The notes beneath the pieces are model-generated. The model was not told the origin of the DNA. It searched no databases and saw only the letters and a list, made by a program, of their open reading frames with translations. A stretch of 64,000 nt of DNA from Raillietiella orientalis (lineage: Eukaryota), in the NCBI GenBank assembly GCA_036172245.1, contig JAYWIR010000002.1:1116001-1180000 (forward strand). Direction: 5' to 3'. The position numbers and the translations under genes were made by a program. Positions 1 through 13,500 of this stretch are shown one piece after another (position 1 is the first letter of the stretch; each line of letters starts with the position of its first letter).

Positions 1-959
1 CCACAGCAGAAAAGGACGCTGGAACGGACTCTTCCTCCCGGTTCCTCGGTTCCGATTCGCCCGGCCACCGGCTCTTAGCAGTCGATTCTTTCAGCCCTGT
101 GCATAGTGCTCCACCAGAGGAGAAGCTTCTTCCCGTTGGGAATATTCCCCCGCTCCGGGAGAAATTCCACAAGTCCACGTTCGGAATCGCAAGCTCGAAA
201 AGCGGGAGCGACTTTAGTAGAGGAAGGGAAGGCACCCCACACAGGGCTTGCGTGTGCGTGTGAGTGCCAGATGAGCATGTCAGTTCTCCTTGTCGCTCAC
301 GTCTGCCTTCTACGCATTTGACTATCAATTCATCTTATTCGTGCGGTGCATATGGGAATCAATACTAATATGTTCCGTATTAATAATTATCCGAATACTT
401 TTAGTGGAGAACTCCCTTGGCTCAAGTCTGATCTTCTACACCAACACTCAAGTGAGGAGTCTCTGATGGAGGACTGCAGCAGCGACATATCCCCACTTTT
501 CAGTGAGTCCTGGATTTCACTGAGAGGCGATGGTCTGTACCATAGGCAGATTCTTCATTCAGGTATCCCACGTGAATCTGATCAGCAAGTCCTTCTACAG
601 AAATGAAAGGCCAAAAAAGAAAAAAAAAAGATTGGATTCTTATGTACCAGAGAAAAAGAGCGGGAGAAAAAGTCCCGGTGTTGCCATGCAACCCTCTGGA
701 GTCGGTGAGTCTGGAGCAGGCTGCCCAAGCAGGCTATATTTGCAAACGTGGCGAAGATGACGTTACGTAGGTTCTCGGATGAAGGACACTATCTCGACCT
801 CGGAAAAGACCTTTTCTATAAGCAGACGACTCGCTGAGAAAGAATTCTGCCCTTATCAGGCATGCAGTGTCTACTGTTAGGTCGCTCAGTCCAACAGGGA
901 AGCATTCGAGAAGATCGATTCCTTCATGTCAGGTGAGGTGCAGGTGCAAAACACCCTTG

Positions 960-1110
960 GAGGATCTGGAGAAAAACAGATCGGACTTTTCTCGGGATGC
1001 CACGAGCGGCGTGAGCATCCAGAAATCTGTTTTTGTAGATCTCTGTCAGAGTAACCCTGGTGCTTCCCAGACCGGTATTTTGCCTCTTGCAGGCTGCCCT
1101 CTCCCTCCGG
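960..1110 (+). repeat. Diverged ~150-bp dispersed repeat, copy A (inverted relative to 2574-2730)
   Basis: GAGGATCTGGAGAAAAACAGATCGGACTTTTCTCGGGATGCC...TCTTGCAGGCTGCCCTCTCCCTCCGG aligns by eye to the reverse complement of 2574-2730. The ORF track shows LEKNRSDFSRDA versus LEENRSDFPRDA. Confidence 0.8.
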
Positions 1111-2573
1111 AAGGTTGCAATCTCCTCGTGAGTTTTCAAAGGAAGCAACTGGGATGCTTATTGGCTCACGAGCCTGGGAGGACTTTTAGAATGTGGGATC
1201 CAGGTTAACATCCACATCAGGCACAGAAATTTGCATCGTCCCTTTAGTGGGCTGTTTTACACCAAAGCAAAACGCGAATCTCTGGAAAGGCAGAAGCAAT
1301 TTAAAAATAATAATGATGATGATGACAATAATGCACTTACTATTTATTATTACTGATGCTTATTCCTACAGACAATCTTAAAGCCTCGAAGTGGTGAGCA
1401 CAGCCCTCGAGATGAGTTTATTCGGACGAGCAGCTGAGGTCACGCTCTTCTAAACGGGAAACGTGCATGTACAAAGGGAGAGATATCCTTCATTGATGAT
1501 TTTTGTGGTGGTTGTTGTTGTTGCTGCTGCTTCTGCTCGTGTTTCCGTTTCCAGCGGCCGTGAGACACCGGGGAGAGTGCTGTAGGTTTTTCTTTTTTTG
1601 GGGGGGGACTCCTTTTCCATTCTAAAACTGGCGTTTCCTTCGTCAGTTTACCTTGCAAGACTTTGACTGCAATTTCCAGATGTCTCGCATCACCCCAAAA
1701 TGACTCAATTACGTTCCTCGCGGATTTAGTGACTTCTTTCAGCCATGATCGGAATTTTGTTGACTTCCCCCGTTTCATTTGAAGGGGGGAGGGGGGAGGA
1801 AGAAAGATGTTGCATACACACAGCACATTCACCATGAACGCGGATATTCCGGATTTCGGAGAAGTTTCCAGAATCGATGATTGAAAATCGGTCCAAACGC
1901 ACGCGGCAAGCGCATCCCGACTTTTCTCAGAATCCAGCTGGGAGTCTCGGATGAGCTAAAAGCAGCGTCGTCGCTTGCGACCATAAAGACGATGCCTAAT
2001 TTCTTGTTTTCTCTCGGAAAAGTCGGGCGGCTCACCGGTTGTTGTCAACAAGGATGCTGGCAATGCCGATGGTTCCCCCGGAGTTCAAGGTGATTGCAAA
2101 GCGTAGGGAACTTTACGTTGACTACCACAAAACTATCAAGAAGGCTTCATCTGCTGCCAAGGAATTATGATGCCACAAACTTCCCAGGAGGAAACTTCAC
2201 CGTAATTTATTTCAGACAATAGGACTCATTCCAGACAATGCAAGGATCATTTGACAACCGGGAGAAGGAAGGGAAGAAAAAAAAAGTTGTTCCTGCAAAT
2301 GTGCTCGCGCTTGCTGCAGAACTCCAAGCGGAGCAACAGAAGCACTAATGGGAGGGGAGCAAGGACAGAATACCGTCGGGACTGCATAGTGTCCTGGAAA
2401 CTTGCTTTATTTTTTTTTCTTTCTTTCCTTCCTTTTTTGTTTTCCCTCCCCCCCCTTTTTGAGATTATTCTAGCTGGAGTCGTGGGAGGCTCATCCTCAT
2501 CGGATGGAGGCGAGACGGACGATGATGTCATGACGACATCAAGACAGGAAGGCGGGTCGCACGGAAGGGCTTG

Positions 2574-2730
2574 CCGGAGGGAGGGAGAGGCAGCAGCCTG
2601 CAAGAAGTAAAACACGGGATTCGGAAAGCACCTGAAGGAGACCTTTAAGAAGAGATCTCTGGAGGCTGCGAATGATCATACCGTTCCCGGCATCCCGAGG
2701 AAAGTCCGATCGATTTTCCTCCAAAATCTC
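2574..2730 (-). repeat. Diverged ~150-bp dispersed repeat, copy B
   Basis: Reverse complement reads GAGATTTTGGAGGAAAATCGATCGGACTTTCCTCGGGATGCC...TCTTGCAGGCTGCTGCCTCTCCCTCCCTCCGG, matching 960-1110 with substitutions and indels. Confidence 0.8.
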
Positions 2731-4189
2731 GGGTGCCTCCTCTTCCCTCCCCGGCCTCCTGTCAGTAACCGTTGCGGATGAAACCGCAGCTACCCATGAT
2801 GACCGATCATGCTGCGATGAGTGGGATCGCCATGGTAACTTATGCATCGTTCGGTAGCGTCTCGACTTTGATGTATGCGTGGGTACACAATTTGGATGTC
2901 TTCGCGAAATTCTCCGCATGCTGCTCTCCGAGGACCAGCGAGTAGAGACGAGAAGAACTAAGGGATCCCTTCCCGCCGACGGCAATTGGGAGCAGCGCTC
3001 GCCATCCAGCAGGAATGCGCACAAACAGAAGGCCTCTCATATCTCCCTCCCCCTCCCTTCCTCCACCCCCTCGAAATTAGCGCACTGGTCCGTCAGGAGA
3101 AATACCTCGTAATCCCTTTCATCCTTCGGAGATCCTGAGTTCATGAAGACGGCTTCTCGGACTTGTCTTTCATCTGCGGCGTGGACCGTTCTAATCACGT
3201 GGATCACTTTCAACAGCGCAATCTTTTTCAGTCGACTTAGCGTCACCTTAAACGCGGATGGACGCTGCTTCTCCACGTCCGTCCATTCCAATGAATTTGC
3301 TAACATCGTGCTAAGAAACACAAGCAAGGAACTTTAAGCCCTGAACGATCGGATCCTAAAACCTCTCATCCGTGATCTTCCGAAGAGCGATGCTCCAAGG
3401 AGAAAATCTACGAGGAATCCACTCATTAAACACGTAAACTCGGAAGCAGGAGGCGTTCACCGGGCTTAGCGCGGCGGCGTCGGAGTGCGCGTTTCCATCT
3501 AAGCGACCGCTCGCGTGCGTCGACGGCGCCTCTTGGAAGGACTTTGCGAGCGGAAGACAAAATGCTACGAGCCACACTTCCTTAATCTTTGCACGACATG
3601 AGCAGTGGACACCTTCAGCTCGCAGTTAAATCTTATCGATCCCGATAATGATAGTTATTCGGAGCATGTTCCGAAGAGAAGGAAGAGGCGCGGAGGGGAG
3701 CGAACCCGAGCTCGGCACTCGCCGGTGATTAGATCCCGCGTTCATCGTCAACCATCCTGCAAGCATGGCCCTCTGCTCGCTAATATCTGGTTGATTGATC
3801 ACTGGGGAAGGGGACCCGGTGCAGAGCGGTGAGCGGCCGCACAGGGCAATCGGCAGCCCCAGCGGCGAGCGCTTCCGGGTCTTCGACTCGAATGGTCGCT
3901 CCCGCGACGAAACCAGCCAAGGAACACCCAACCCAGAGATAGGAAACCGAGGAGGCCTTCATTCCACTCTTCTTCGCTTCGATTCCCCCTCCGCCCTCCC
4001 TCCTTCCCTCCCCCCTTTCCTTCTTTTTTTATGCAGTTGCTGGCAATTAATCTGAAACGCAAGAGCAGGATGCTATTCTTCTGCAGTTCCCTCGCAACCT
4101 TTCATCGGCATGACGCGCTCTTGTTAGCAAACTACACCGATGCTCCGAAAGATGAGACAGCCACATCAGTAAAGCCGTTCCTTCTGCAA

Positions 4190-4510
4190 GTTATAAATAG
4201 AGCCGCGCTTGCATTCGACCTACGCGCGCGTGGCTGTAACGCGGCTGCGCACGTACACACGGACGGACGTGCCGTGGTGACAGCAGCGGCACCTGGAGGG
4301 CGCGCACGCCAGCACGCGTTGCACCACGTCTCATGTCGCGCGCGCGGCGCCACCCCGCCTGGCGCTCGCTGCCGGGATGGGCGCGTCCCTGGTGCTCACG
4401 CGCGCGCACTCAACCTGTGCGCGCACGCCTCTGCACATATGTCGACTCACGCTTGTGGGAATGCGCGCGCGCGTGCGCGGAAGCCGCTCCGCATACGTAC
4501 GCGCTCTTCT
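4190..4510. promoter_or_regulatory. CpG-dense patch of alternating purine-pyrimidine runs next to an AT-rich motif (TTATAAATAG)
   Basis: Repeated CGCGCG/CACGCG/TGCGCG runs such as ATGCGCGCGCGCGTGCGCG. TTATAAATAG at ~4192-4201 fits both a TATA-like and a MEF2-type YTAWWWWTAR consensus. Function is inferred only. Confidence 0.35.
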
Positions 4511-7500
4511 CTCGGGATGTGAAAGTGCGTCTGGAGCAGCTAACACCCCATCCTGAAGTAAGGGAGGGGCAGACCAGGCTCCCGAGAGAGTCCCTCTCGC
4601 GCTACCCTCTGGTAAAACGGATTCCCCTCCTCCCTGCTCTCACAGGGAATCTGGGCGAGATCAGGCAGGGTCCCTCGGAAAGGAGCCAGAGGCGATTCCT
4701 TGTCCCCTTTTGTTTTGAATGCAAGAGAACAGCCTTGAATTCCTCTGAAGGGGACGCTCCTTCCGGACCATTGCGGGTACCACGTCACGGAATGCATAAC
4801 AGCCTCCACCTAAAGATCCAGGCCCAGGAGCACGGACAAGAATCGCAGACTATTTGCGGCGCCCGAGGCACCGCCGCCACAAGGAAATTCTCCTCGCTCC
4901 AGGAACAACGCCAGACCGGACCCGGTTTCGAAGCTGCCGCTTCCCTCCGTCGAAAGGCCGTTCCCGTGGGCTTAACGTCCTTCAGGCCTTTCTCGTCCAA
5001 AGGGCGTCCCGCCTCGCTCGAGAGCTCTTTTCCTTTTCCTCGTTCCCCTGCAGAGTGCTGGAGACCTCTCCCTCTCGCCTGGAGGGCCAGCGACCGGTAA
5101 GATGGCGCGACGCACGTCTCGCGGGAGGAGCAAGGGCAGGTTGGTGCGCTCGTCCAGAGAGGGCAGAGGCGGCAGGTTCGCCCGGCACATTCCGAGAGCG
5201 GCTTTTTTGGAGCCATAAACAAATGAAGAATCGGAGCGGCCCCCACTCCTCTCCTCGATCCCCTTCTAAGACGAGGAATTTTCTTTTCCTTTTTTTTTTT
5301 AATACATATCCCGTCTTTTCCCCCATTTCCTATCCCTCTCTTAGAGCTCTCGATCCACGCCTACCCAGCAGCGGACGGCTGGCGTGGGTCGACTCGTCCT
5401 GAGGGGGAGGCGATGCATGAGGCGACCCTGCGGCTGCTGCCTTCCTGGAGAGATGCCAGACTGAGCAAGAGCGCCCTCGAGGGAGAGACTCCCACCGCGG
5501 CGGCGGCGGCGGCAAGGGAAGGACACGCGCTCACCCCCACCCACGCACGTGCTCGCGCATCCCCCAAGGGAGGGAAAGCTTTGTCTCGGGCGTGCCGCGC
5601 TGGAGTCCGTAGCCTTGAGGCAGGGAGGAACTTCCGAGGAAGCAAATGGTGGACCAACCTTCATCCTCGGACCTGGGGGGTTTCGGGTTTCAGGAGGCGA
5701 CTCCGTGTCATTGAGGGAGGGGACAGTCAGATGGAAGGGTTTTCCATCCCTGTCCCGGGCGCGCGTCCCGTGGATGGCGAAAGAAAGCCTCAGCTTCTGA
5801 TCCTGACCTAGGAAAAGGAAGAGAGGAATGATGCTCAAGAGGGTCGCCCTGGAGTGGCGGGAAAGAAAGGAAGCTGTGGAAAGGAGTCACAACCCTTCTG
5901 AGGCGTGTGTTGCTCTGGAACAAAGTCTCTCTTGCTGACCTGCCCACTCACTTTCGTCCTTCCCCTTTCTTTTGCTGCAGCAGCCGAGGTCACCTCGCAC
6001 AACCCGGCGGCTCGTCGGTTCCTCCACCTCAGCATCCTTCTGCGTGCATTTTTGCACTTCTTCCTACCTTTGTTCTCACTTTTCCTTCTGAGGGGGGGGG
6101 CTTCCAGGACGGGTGAAGCACAAAAATTCCGGAGGTCAAGGGGTGGATCTTAGATTTACTCGTTCCCTACCCTTCTCCTAGATGAGTCGGTGCCTGGGAG
6201 GAGTGGCGCAGACCCCTCCGGCGGACGAGAAGCTGGGATGAAGGAGGCATCTCTTCCGGAGCTCATAGGAGGGGCAGCCACCTTAGAGCATAGGGGAGAG
6301 AGGATGACTTTCAGCTCGATGGGCGACGGCGCACCCGGAACTATGCAGGAACGATTCCTACTTCTTCTCTCCCTCCTCCTCTCCGAAGGAATCGAGACGT
6401 CGGAAACAGATGCTCTTCGTTCGGCCCGTCTTCGAGGTACCTCCCTCTTCCTCTCTCCCTAGCATGAACGCATCTGCCACAGTGGAAGGGAGGGAGGAAG
6501 ACAGGGGAAAGAGAGCCCCTGGAGGATGTACGCTCGTCGGTTGCTGGGGAACTGGTTGATGCCAACGACCCGCAGCGGCCACTCAACGGTGGCAGCCCCT
6601 GGGAATGCACAGCTTTCGTTTTCCTTTGGAGAAAGAATTCCCATCTGCGACCCTCGTTCGAAGTCTTCCGACTAGTCCTCTTCCCTTCTCCCCACCCTTC
6701 TTCGCGTCTGGAAAGCCCCTTCTTCCGCCCTCGGAGATTCGAGACCCCGAAACAAGGTTGGTGGAAGCGGGTGAAGATACTGGAGGAGGGGGGGGGAAGG
6801 AGGGGTTGCCAGGAGAACGGCTCTTTCTGCTCTGCTTCCGACGCCAGGCCCTCCTCCGGGCAGGACCTGAATCGGAAGAATGTTTCGGAGTGATGTCGCC
6901 CTCGGGGCACTTGCTCGCAGCTCGGAAGTTGTGCATCACGCTGCTCCACCTTGTCATTCCTTTTACCGCGATCAAGAGCTCGGTCCGCCACCTCCTGGTA
7001 CTCTTTTCTCTCTCAGGCAAAACCCCGCTATCCCACGTCCTCAGGTTTGTCCTTTTCCACTATGACTAACCTCCTCGCCACCCGACGACCTCTCACATTT
7101 CCGGATGACCCTTCAGCGGAGGACCTCCCAGAAATTTGAGAGAGTCTGGGGAGAGGAAGCTGCTCCATCCACCCCTCCTACTTCCGATTATCCTAAGCCG
7201 GAAGAGCGGAGGAAGAGCTCCACTGCCGCACCTGCCGTTGGTGGGGTCCAAGATACCTTCGGGTGGACCAGGGACCAGCTGTCGCAAGACGTCCTTGAGA
7301 GACCCCGCACGAATCCGGAGAAGCCCGATCTCTGTTGCCTCGGGGAAGCGCTGCAGCCCCTCTCTTCAAAGGAGCTGCGCTTTGGTCTGCGCGGCGAATC
7401 GGACCTCAGAAGCGGCACATGGCCATCTTCCCATAAATCCCACCCTCGTCAGCTACCGCTTCTGCTTTGCCCTCCCCACTTCCTTTCCCCCCATCCCATT

Positions 7501-10500
7501 TTCTTCCTTCTCTTCAGGACTGCTGAAGTCCCCGAGGGCGACCCTTGAAGACTTCCTCTTCCGGCGGAAGTGCAGCAGCCCGTGGCTCTCCTCCGGAAGC
7601 AGATGCTGCGTCTCCGCGAGAGGAAGATCATGCAACGCAGGAAGGGAGGGAACAAAAGAAAGGAAGAAAGGGGAGAGGGCGACGGAGGCAGCAGTGGCAG
7701 AAAGATCGGGGAGGTGCCACTGTGGACGGGCGCCCATAGTCCCAGGTTTCCAGAAAGGAAGTCAAAGGAGGAAGACTTCCTTGGAGGAGAGCACGGAAAG
7801 AACGATTGAACCCATCTCTCGTATCGTCCTACCGAGAGCTCCACGGGTAAGCTCTATACCTTTCGTTATTTACAGTGCGCATCCCGATCCGTCAGTGAGA
7901 AGAGGCGCTTCCCGGATGGTACCCGCCCTCGCAATTCTTTCTTCCCCCTAGGATATGTAGTCGCGAGGCGTGCCCCCCTCTTGGAAGGAACGGATCGAAG
8001 TTATCCCGGAGGAAGAAGGAAAGGATCGCTTCGTCTAGATGCCTGGAGTGTCCCTCAGGATGCCGTCGCTCACTTCCAGAAGGAGAAGCAGGAAGTGGGC
8101 ACCTTGGAGGGGCGAAGAGAACGTCTTCCGAGCAGGAGAGGAAAGTCTCCCATGGTCACGAGCGAAGCAGAGAGGCCTACAGTGCAGCTTCTTCCTTCCG
8201 TTCCGGCTCCCGTTTTCGTGATGGACCTTCCTCCCAGGACCCTTGTAGAGGACGGGAATGGAGATGACCTCTACTCGGTAGAAGGCAACTCTCTCAGTAT
8301 AGGAATACTCTTGTCTCTCCTATTCCTCCTCCTCCTCTTCCCCAAAACACTTCTAGCATAGCATCAGAGGCAGCTAGAGGTGAAGGATTGCTGGAGAGCT
8401 TAGGTACGTTCCAGAACGCTTGGCCTTTCACCTAGGATGACCGTCGGATGCTTCACCAGGAGTCCCACCACACCCTCCTTTTAGGTGAGATCAACGAAGA
8501 TCAGCGTCTTTGAGAGGGCCTGATGAAAGAAGATCGTGGACCCCGTGCGCTCGAGAATAAGTTTTCTTCAGAGTAGTCTCTTCTCGTGACTCCAGAAGAG
8601 CGACGGAAGCAAAAGAAATCGGAAACCAGGCTCCTGGCGCGCGACTCCTACGCGCTTCCCAAGTCTTCACGACGAAACGGCAGCTCTGCGGGATGTAGTA
8701 GACGCCGCACCCGAGGAAAAGGGGGAAAGGGCGAGGGAAGAGAGTAGTCTCCGAAGGCAGGCTGCTTGTCCTTGCTACTCGAGGCGAAGGGTGAATTCGC
8801 GGATGCCCCGAGGGCTGTCTGGGAAAGAAGTGGAGAAGAGGTCTTCTCTCGCAAAGCACCGCCCTTCCCTTCCTCACTCTTCTCTCGCTGCCGCCCTTTA
8901 ACTTCGCTGCTGTTGCTTCCGTTCCCCTTTTTCCACCCCGTTCTTCGTGCCTGCTTCGTTTGCCGCTGCTGCCTTCCTCGGCCTCCCTCTCGGCTGCTAG
9001 CACCCGCCTGCCCATTCGTCCCTCCTTTCTCCTCTTCCCGATCGCGGGCGCTGTGGAGGAAGCTATCCCGGGAACGAGCCGCACCGCAACCGCCATCGGT
9101 TCTGAGAGGCTGTGGATTCGCGGCCGGATTCCATCCTCCGATGAGCGTCCTCTCCCAGCGGAGACGGCTGCCCGCCTGGCCGGATAGTGACCGCTGGACG
9201 GACGCCGCCTCCGATGATTTACGCCAGACCCGCGAGCGGGTCCCGCGGAACGCGAATGGGTTCCCAGGCGAGCGCCGAGAACGCGCAGATAAATAGAGGG
9301 GTTTCCGTGGAAGCGATGCCTCATGCCGAAGAATTAAAAGCGCGTTTCCTGTGCGCGCGGGAGACAAAGAGCGGCCCTCGTGGAATATGGCCAATGGCTT
9401 AAGGAGCAGCAGCAGATATATGACCGCTGTCAGTGCGCGGGCCCCGGCGGCGGCGGGCGCGCGAGGGGGGAGAGCAGCGGAGGCAGATAAATCTCCCCGG
9501 CGGTATTGAATATCTTCATGCTCTGCGAGGACACTGCATCTGGACGCGATCCTCCGGGTCCTCCTGACCGTAAATAACTGTGTCAATCAGCCCGTGGCTC
9601 ACCTCATTATCGATCGTTTCTATGCGACCCAGGTGAGAGGCCGACAGGGAAGCGGGACAGGATGAGATCCGCGTAAAAGCATCGGTTCCTCTCTCGTCGT
9701 CAAGGTGATGGATGGACTGAGCCGGATTTGCGCCTTGCGATGGAATGCTTTTAATGCTGGACGGCTATAAATGGATTTCGGGTGTGCGCCCGCTCTTTCC
9801 TTTCCTCCTCCTTGCCCCTCCCCTCCATCCCCACTGTATGGGGGCACATCCTAGAGACCTATCCCAACGATACGGGATGTTCCTCCCTGTCCCCATCCTC
9901 GCCCCTCTTTCTTTACATCCTGACATCTCGTCCCGGAGATAGAAGCGCCGCCTTTCAACCCTCTCCCGAAGAGATCCTTCCTCTCCCGTGGGCTATTTCC
10001 CCGCCCACGCGCTTCTCGGAAACTCTTCTCGCGGGACGGTCCTCCCGAGAAGGCTCGCTCCCGGGAGAGAAAGAAACCACTCCTCTCCTCCTTCGAGGCG
10101 GCGACGCTTGCGGACGCCCTCTCCAGACTAGCTTCCCCCGTCCTTCCCATCCTCGCGGGACTGCAGAGGATCCGCAAGGAGGAGGAGGAGAAGACCAGGA
10201 ATAGGGAGGTGTGAGAAAGCGAGGGTCCTCCCTCCCGCGGCCTCGCACCTTGCGCTCTTCCTTACTGCTCTCGTCTAGAAAAGGGGTGGCGGCGATCCCT
10301 ACTGCGCCCTGCCCCACCTCCGCCTCGCTCCAGCAAGGCGTGCCACGGTGCCAACCTCCCCCCTCCTCACCCTTTCCCCTTCCGGTGGACGCGGCCTCAG
10401 GGCAAAGAGAAGGAAAGAAAAGGGAGTGTCCTGCGTCCCTCTCCCCATCCATGCTTGTTCATGCCTTCCCCTCCCCTCCTTCCTGTGACGCTGGGACGCG

Positions 10501-13500
10501 ATTCCTTCCGCTGCCGCTCCCGGCCGCTGCTGCCGCTGATGAAGCGATCGATCCCTCCTTCGACAGCGAGGCTTCCGGTGCGGCGCGAACATCTCCCATT
10601 CATTTGCATATCCCGGGCTGGAGAGTCCCTGATTAATTACCGGAGGCTTCTCCCTCTCTTCCCCCGGCCCTCTCGATTTGCATACACCGCGCCACCCGCG
10701 ATCGATCGCCGAAGCTCCCCGGCAGTGCTGCCGCGGACAGAGGCCCCGTTCGCTCGCGGCCCGTCTCCCGCGGAAGTTGTGGGCGAGGGGGAGGAGGAGG
10801 AGGAGAGACTGAGGGCGCAACGGGACGCGCCCGTGCGCGCGCCGGATCAAGCGGAAGCATCGGAGGAGCGAGGGAGGGGAGGAGGAGGTAGAATCTGTGC
10901 GGATCCGCCCGCGCCGGAAGGGCGGGCCCGTGGGAGCAGTGGCCTGCGGAAGGAGAGTCACGGAGCAGGATGGACACTGGAGCCCTCAGCAGCGTCCTTT
11001 CAGCTCCGATATCCGTTTTCATCCCTTAGCGCGACGGGAAGAGCGGCCGGGCAAAGGCGGGAAATGGAGGGGGCTGGAATTTGCCCGCGGAATACGGCTG
11101 CTGTTGAGGCGCCCGACCTCTAGAAAGAGGTGGATGTCACGCGTCTTCCACTTTTAAACTCAACCTCATCTCTCTGAGGCTCCAAGAGGCAGCTGGTCCT
11201 CCCTGTGGAGCCCGACGTGAAGTTACCTTTCTCTCCCAGAACGAGAGGTCTTCCTACCCAGGTGCTCACCTCAGGGAGCCCGCCGGAAGGTACGAGGAGG
11301 AGGAGGAGGAGGAAAGGGAGGAGAGAGGAGGCGGCTACTTCACCCCGCCTAGCGGACGCTCGAGGCGGGGGAAAGAAAGGAGGAAAGATGGCGCAAGCAG
11401 GAGTCAAAGAAGGAGTCTCTGCGCGGTGGTCCGTCTGTGAGGTAGGGGAAGGAGCCGTCCTTCGCTCTTCCACTGCCTTTTCGCAACCTTGACGGGAGCG
11501 TCAGCGCGGAGAACAGGGGGAGGTAGGAATTTCCTTCCTTGCTCCAGTCGAATCAGTTTAGGATCGTATCCTAAACCCTATTAGACCCCCTCGGGGGAGG
11601 CGGGAGGCATCTCGAGAGGAAGTGGAGGAGAGGAAGGGTGGAGTGCGACTTCCCAGGGAAGGATCCCAGGTTCCCGACGGACCCTTTCGGGAGAGAAGGA
11701 GAACCCACCTCGGACTGTAGGGCGCTCCCTTTTTCTTCCCCTCCTTCCGGTCATCGGCAGTAGGAAGAGAAGGAGCAGAAAGGGGGGGAGAGGGGAGCTG
11801 ATCGTCTCCTTTCTCGACCCCTCGCCACCCTCCGGAAGGCAAGTCCTTTTCCCTCCTTCCTCCCCGTTCCTGGAATACGGCGGCAGCAGGCAGCGAATGC
11901 ATCAGCGTCCTCCCCGTTACTGAGGAGTCCCATAATGAACTCCCGGAGGAGACCTCCGCTGCAGCCTACTCCTTCCCGCCCTTCGCTCCTTCTCCCTTCC
12001 TGTTCCTTGAGGGACCAATTCTCGCTCCGAGAGCCTGCCGCAAAAGGGATCTCTGGCCATCTTCCCGGAAGGAACCGGGTGAAAGGAAAACGCGGCTCAC
12101 AAGCGGAGGAGCCCTTCTTCCCTCTTCCCCTCCTCCCCTTCCCCTTCCTCCCGCGAGGCGGCTGTCTGATACAATACTCCGACCTCAGAGCTCACTCGGG
12201 ATCGCCCCTGCGTTAGAACCGTCCCTTCCCCACGGCGTCCCGAATTCGCTTCGCGCCCCGCCATCTCGGAGAGGGCGCTTGAAGTGTACGTGCATCCTCC
12301 GAGAGACGCCGTTCCAGAAGCTGCACCAGCGGAAGGTCCCGAGGGAAAAATCTTCTGTTTAAGAAAGCGGCAGCCTCAAAAGATTGTTCCCCTTCGTAGG
12401 AGTGCGGGGCTCACACAGCGAAAGACCTCCCGTCACTCTTTCCAGAGGATCGGCACCTCCGTTTCAAGAAAAGCTCGAGGAAAGAGGGAAGAAAGAAGAC
12501 GCGTTCGAGCAGCTCTTCCGCCCTCTTTCCCCCTACTCTAACACCTTTCACTCCACTTCCTCCTTTCTGACTTTTCGCTCCTGTGTTTCCCAAGATGGCA
12601 CCATACCCGAAAAAGAATCCAGGGAAGACTGAAGAGGCTCCTGTTGGACTCTCATGTTGTTTTTTAGGGCGTGGAAGGAAGAATGAGCCTTTTCCTTGAC
12701 TTGCCCTCCTCTTACCCCGCTCCCAGTCTCTTATTTCTCTTAACAGTACCCGGTGACAGGAGCGGACACCTATCTCCTTCTCCTTGATTGCAGGAGACCT
12801 CGATAGCGTCCTGCCGACTCTGCCTCACGGTAAGGTCATTCCCTCTCCCCGTTTCCCTTGAGAAAACTTCCTCACGGAAGAGTAGTCTTTCAAGAAAAAG
12901 GGTGGGGAGGAAGGAATCTTCTTCTTCTGTCCTTCCCTTCTCAATCCGCAGATCTCTGCATCCCAGAACGGGTAGGGTCTTCTGCTTTCTGCTTTCTCCC
13001 TACCCCTACGCTCCTCGCCGCCGAAGAGAAAAGGACATTTCCTGGGAGGTGCTCTCCCTACCTTTGCTCATGGGGAGCAACAGTCGAAGGTGAAGCGAGG
13101 AACCTTCCCACGAGGACCTGAGTCCCCAGAAGAGCTCGACTCAGGTCAAGTATTTTCCTTAATCTGAGAAGGAGAACACTCGGTCACCCCAGGATGCACA
13201 TTCGAACTGGATCTGCCTCTTTCCTCCACCTATTTTCCATTCTACACTCCCTCTTTGAGAGGACCTCAGAGCTGGAGAGAAAGTGATCGGGTCATTCTTC
13301 GTCCCTCTCTTGTCAGGAGGAACGAAGGGAAGGAATGGGATTACCTGACGTTGCTGCTATGGGTGTATTAGAGAGAGAGGAGCGGGGAAAATCAGGAATG
13401 ATATGGGAAATTCATACAGTCCACAAGAGTGCGTTCAGGGTCAGAGGAAAGTCATTAGGTTTCCTCTTCTCCTTCCATCCTCCCACTTTATTCCCTACTC

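Noticed and set aside
9280-9620. Clustered GATA and TGATTGACA motifs suggesting an enhancer
   Set aside because: Short motifs cannot be told from chance without conservation or chromatin data.
4333-11123. Long ORFs of 200-312 aa in the GC-rich domain (e.g. 4333..5100, 7136..7951, 8648..9586, 10455..11123)
   Set aside because: They overlap on both strands, are low-complexity R/S/P/G-rich and show no domain; expected by chance at this GC content.
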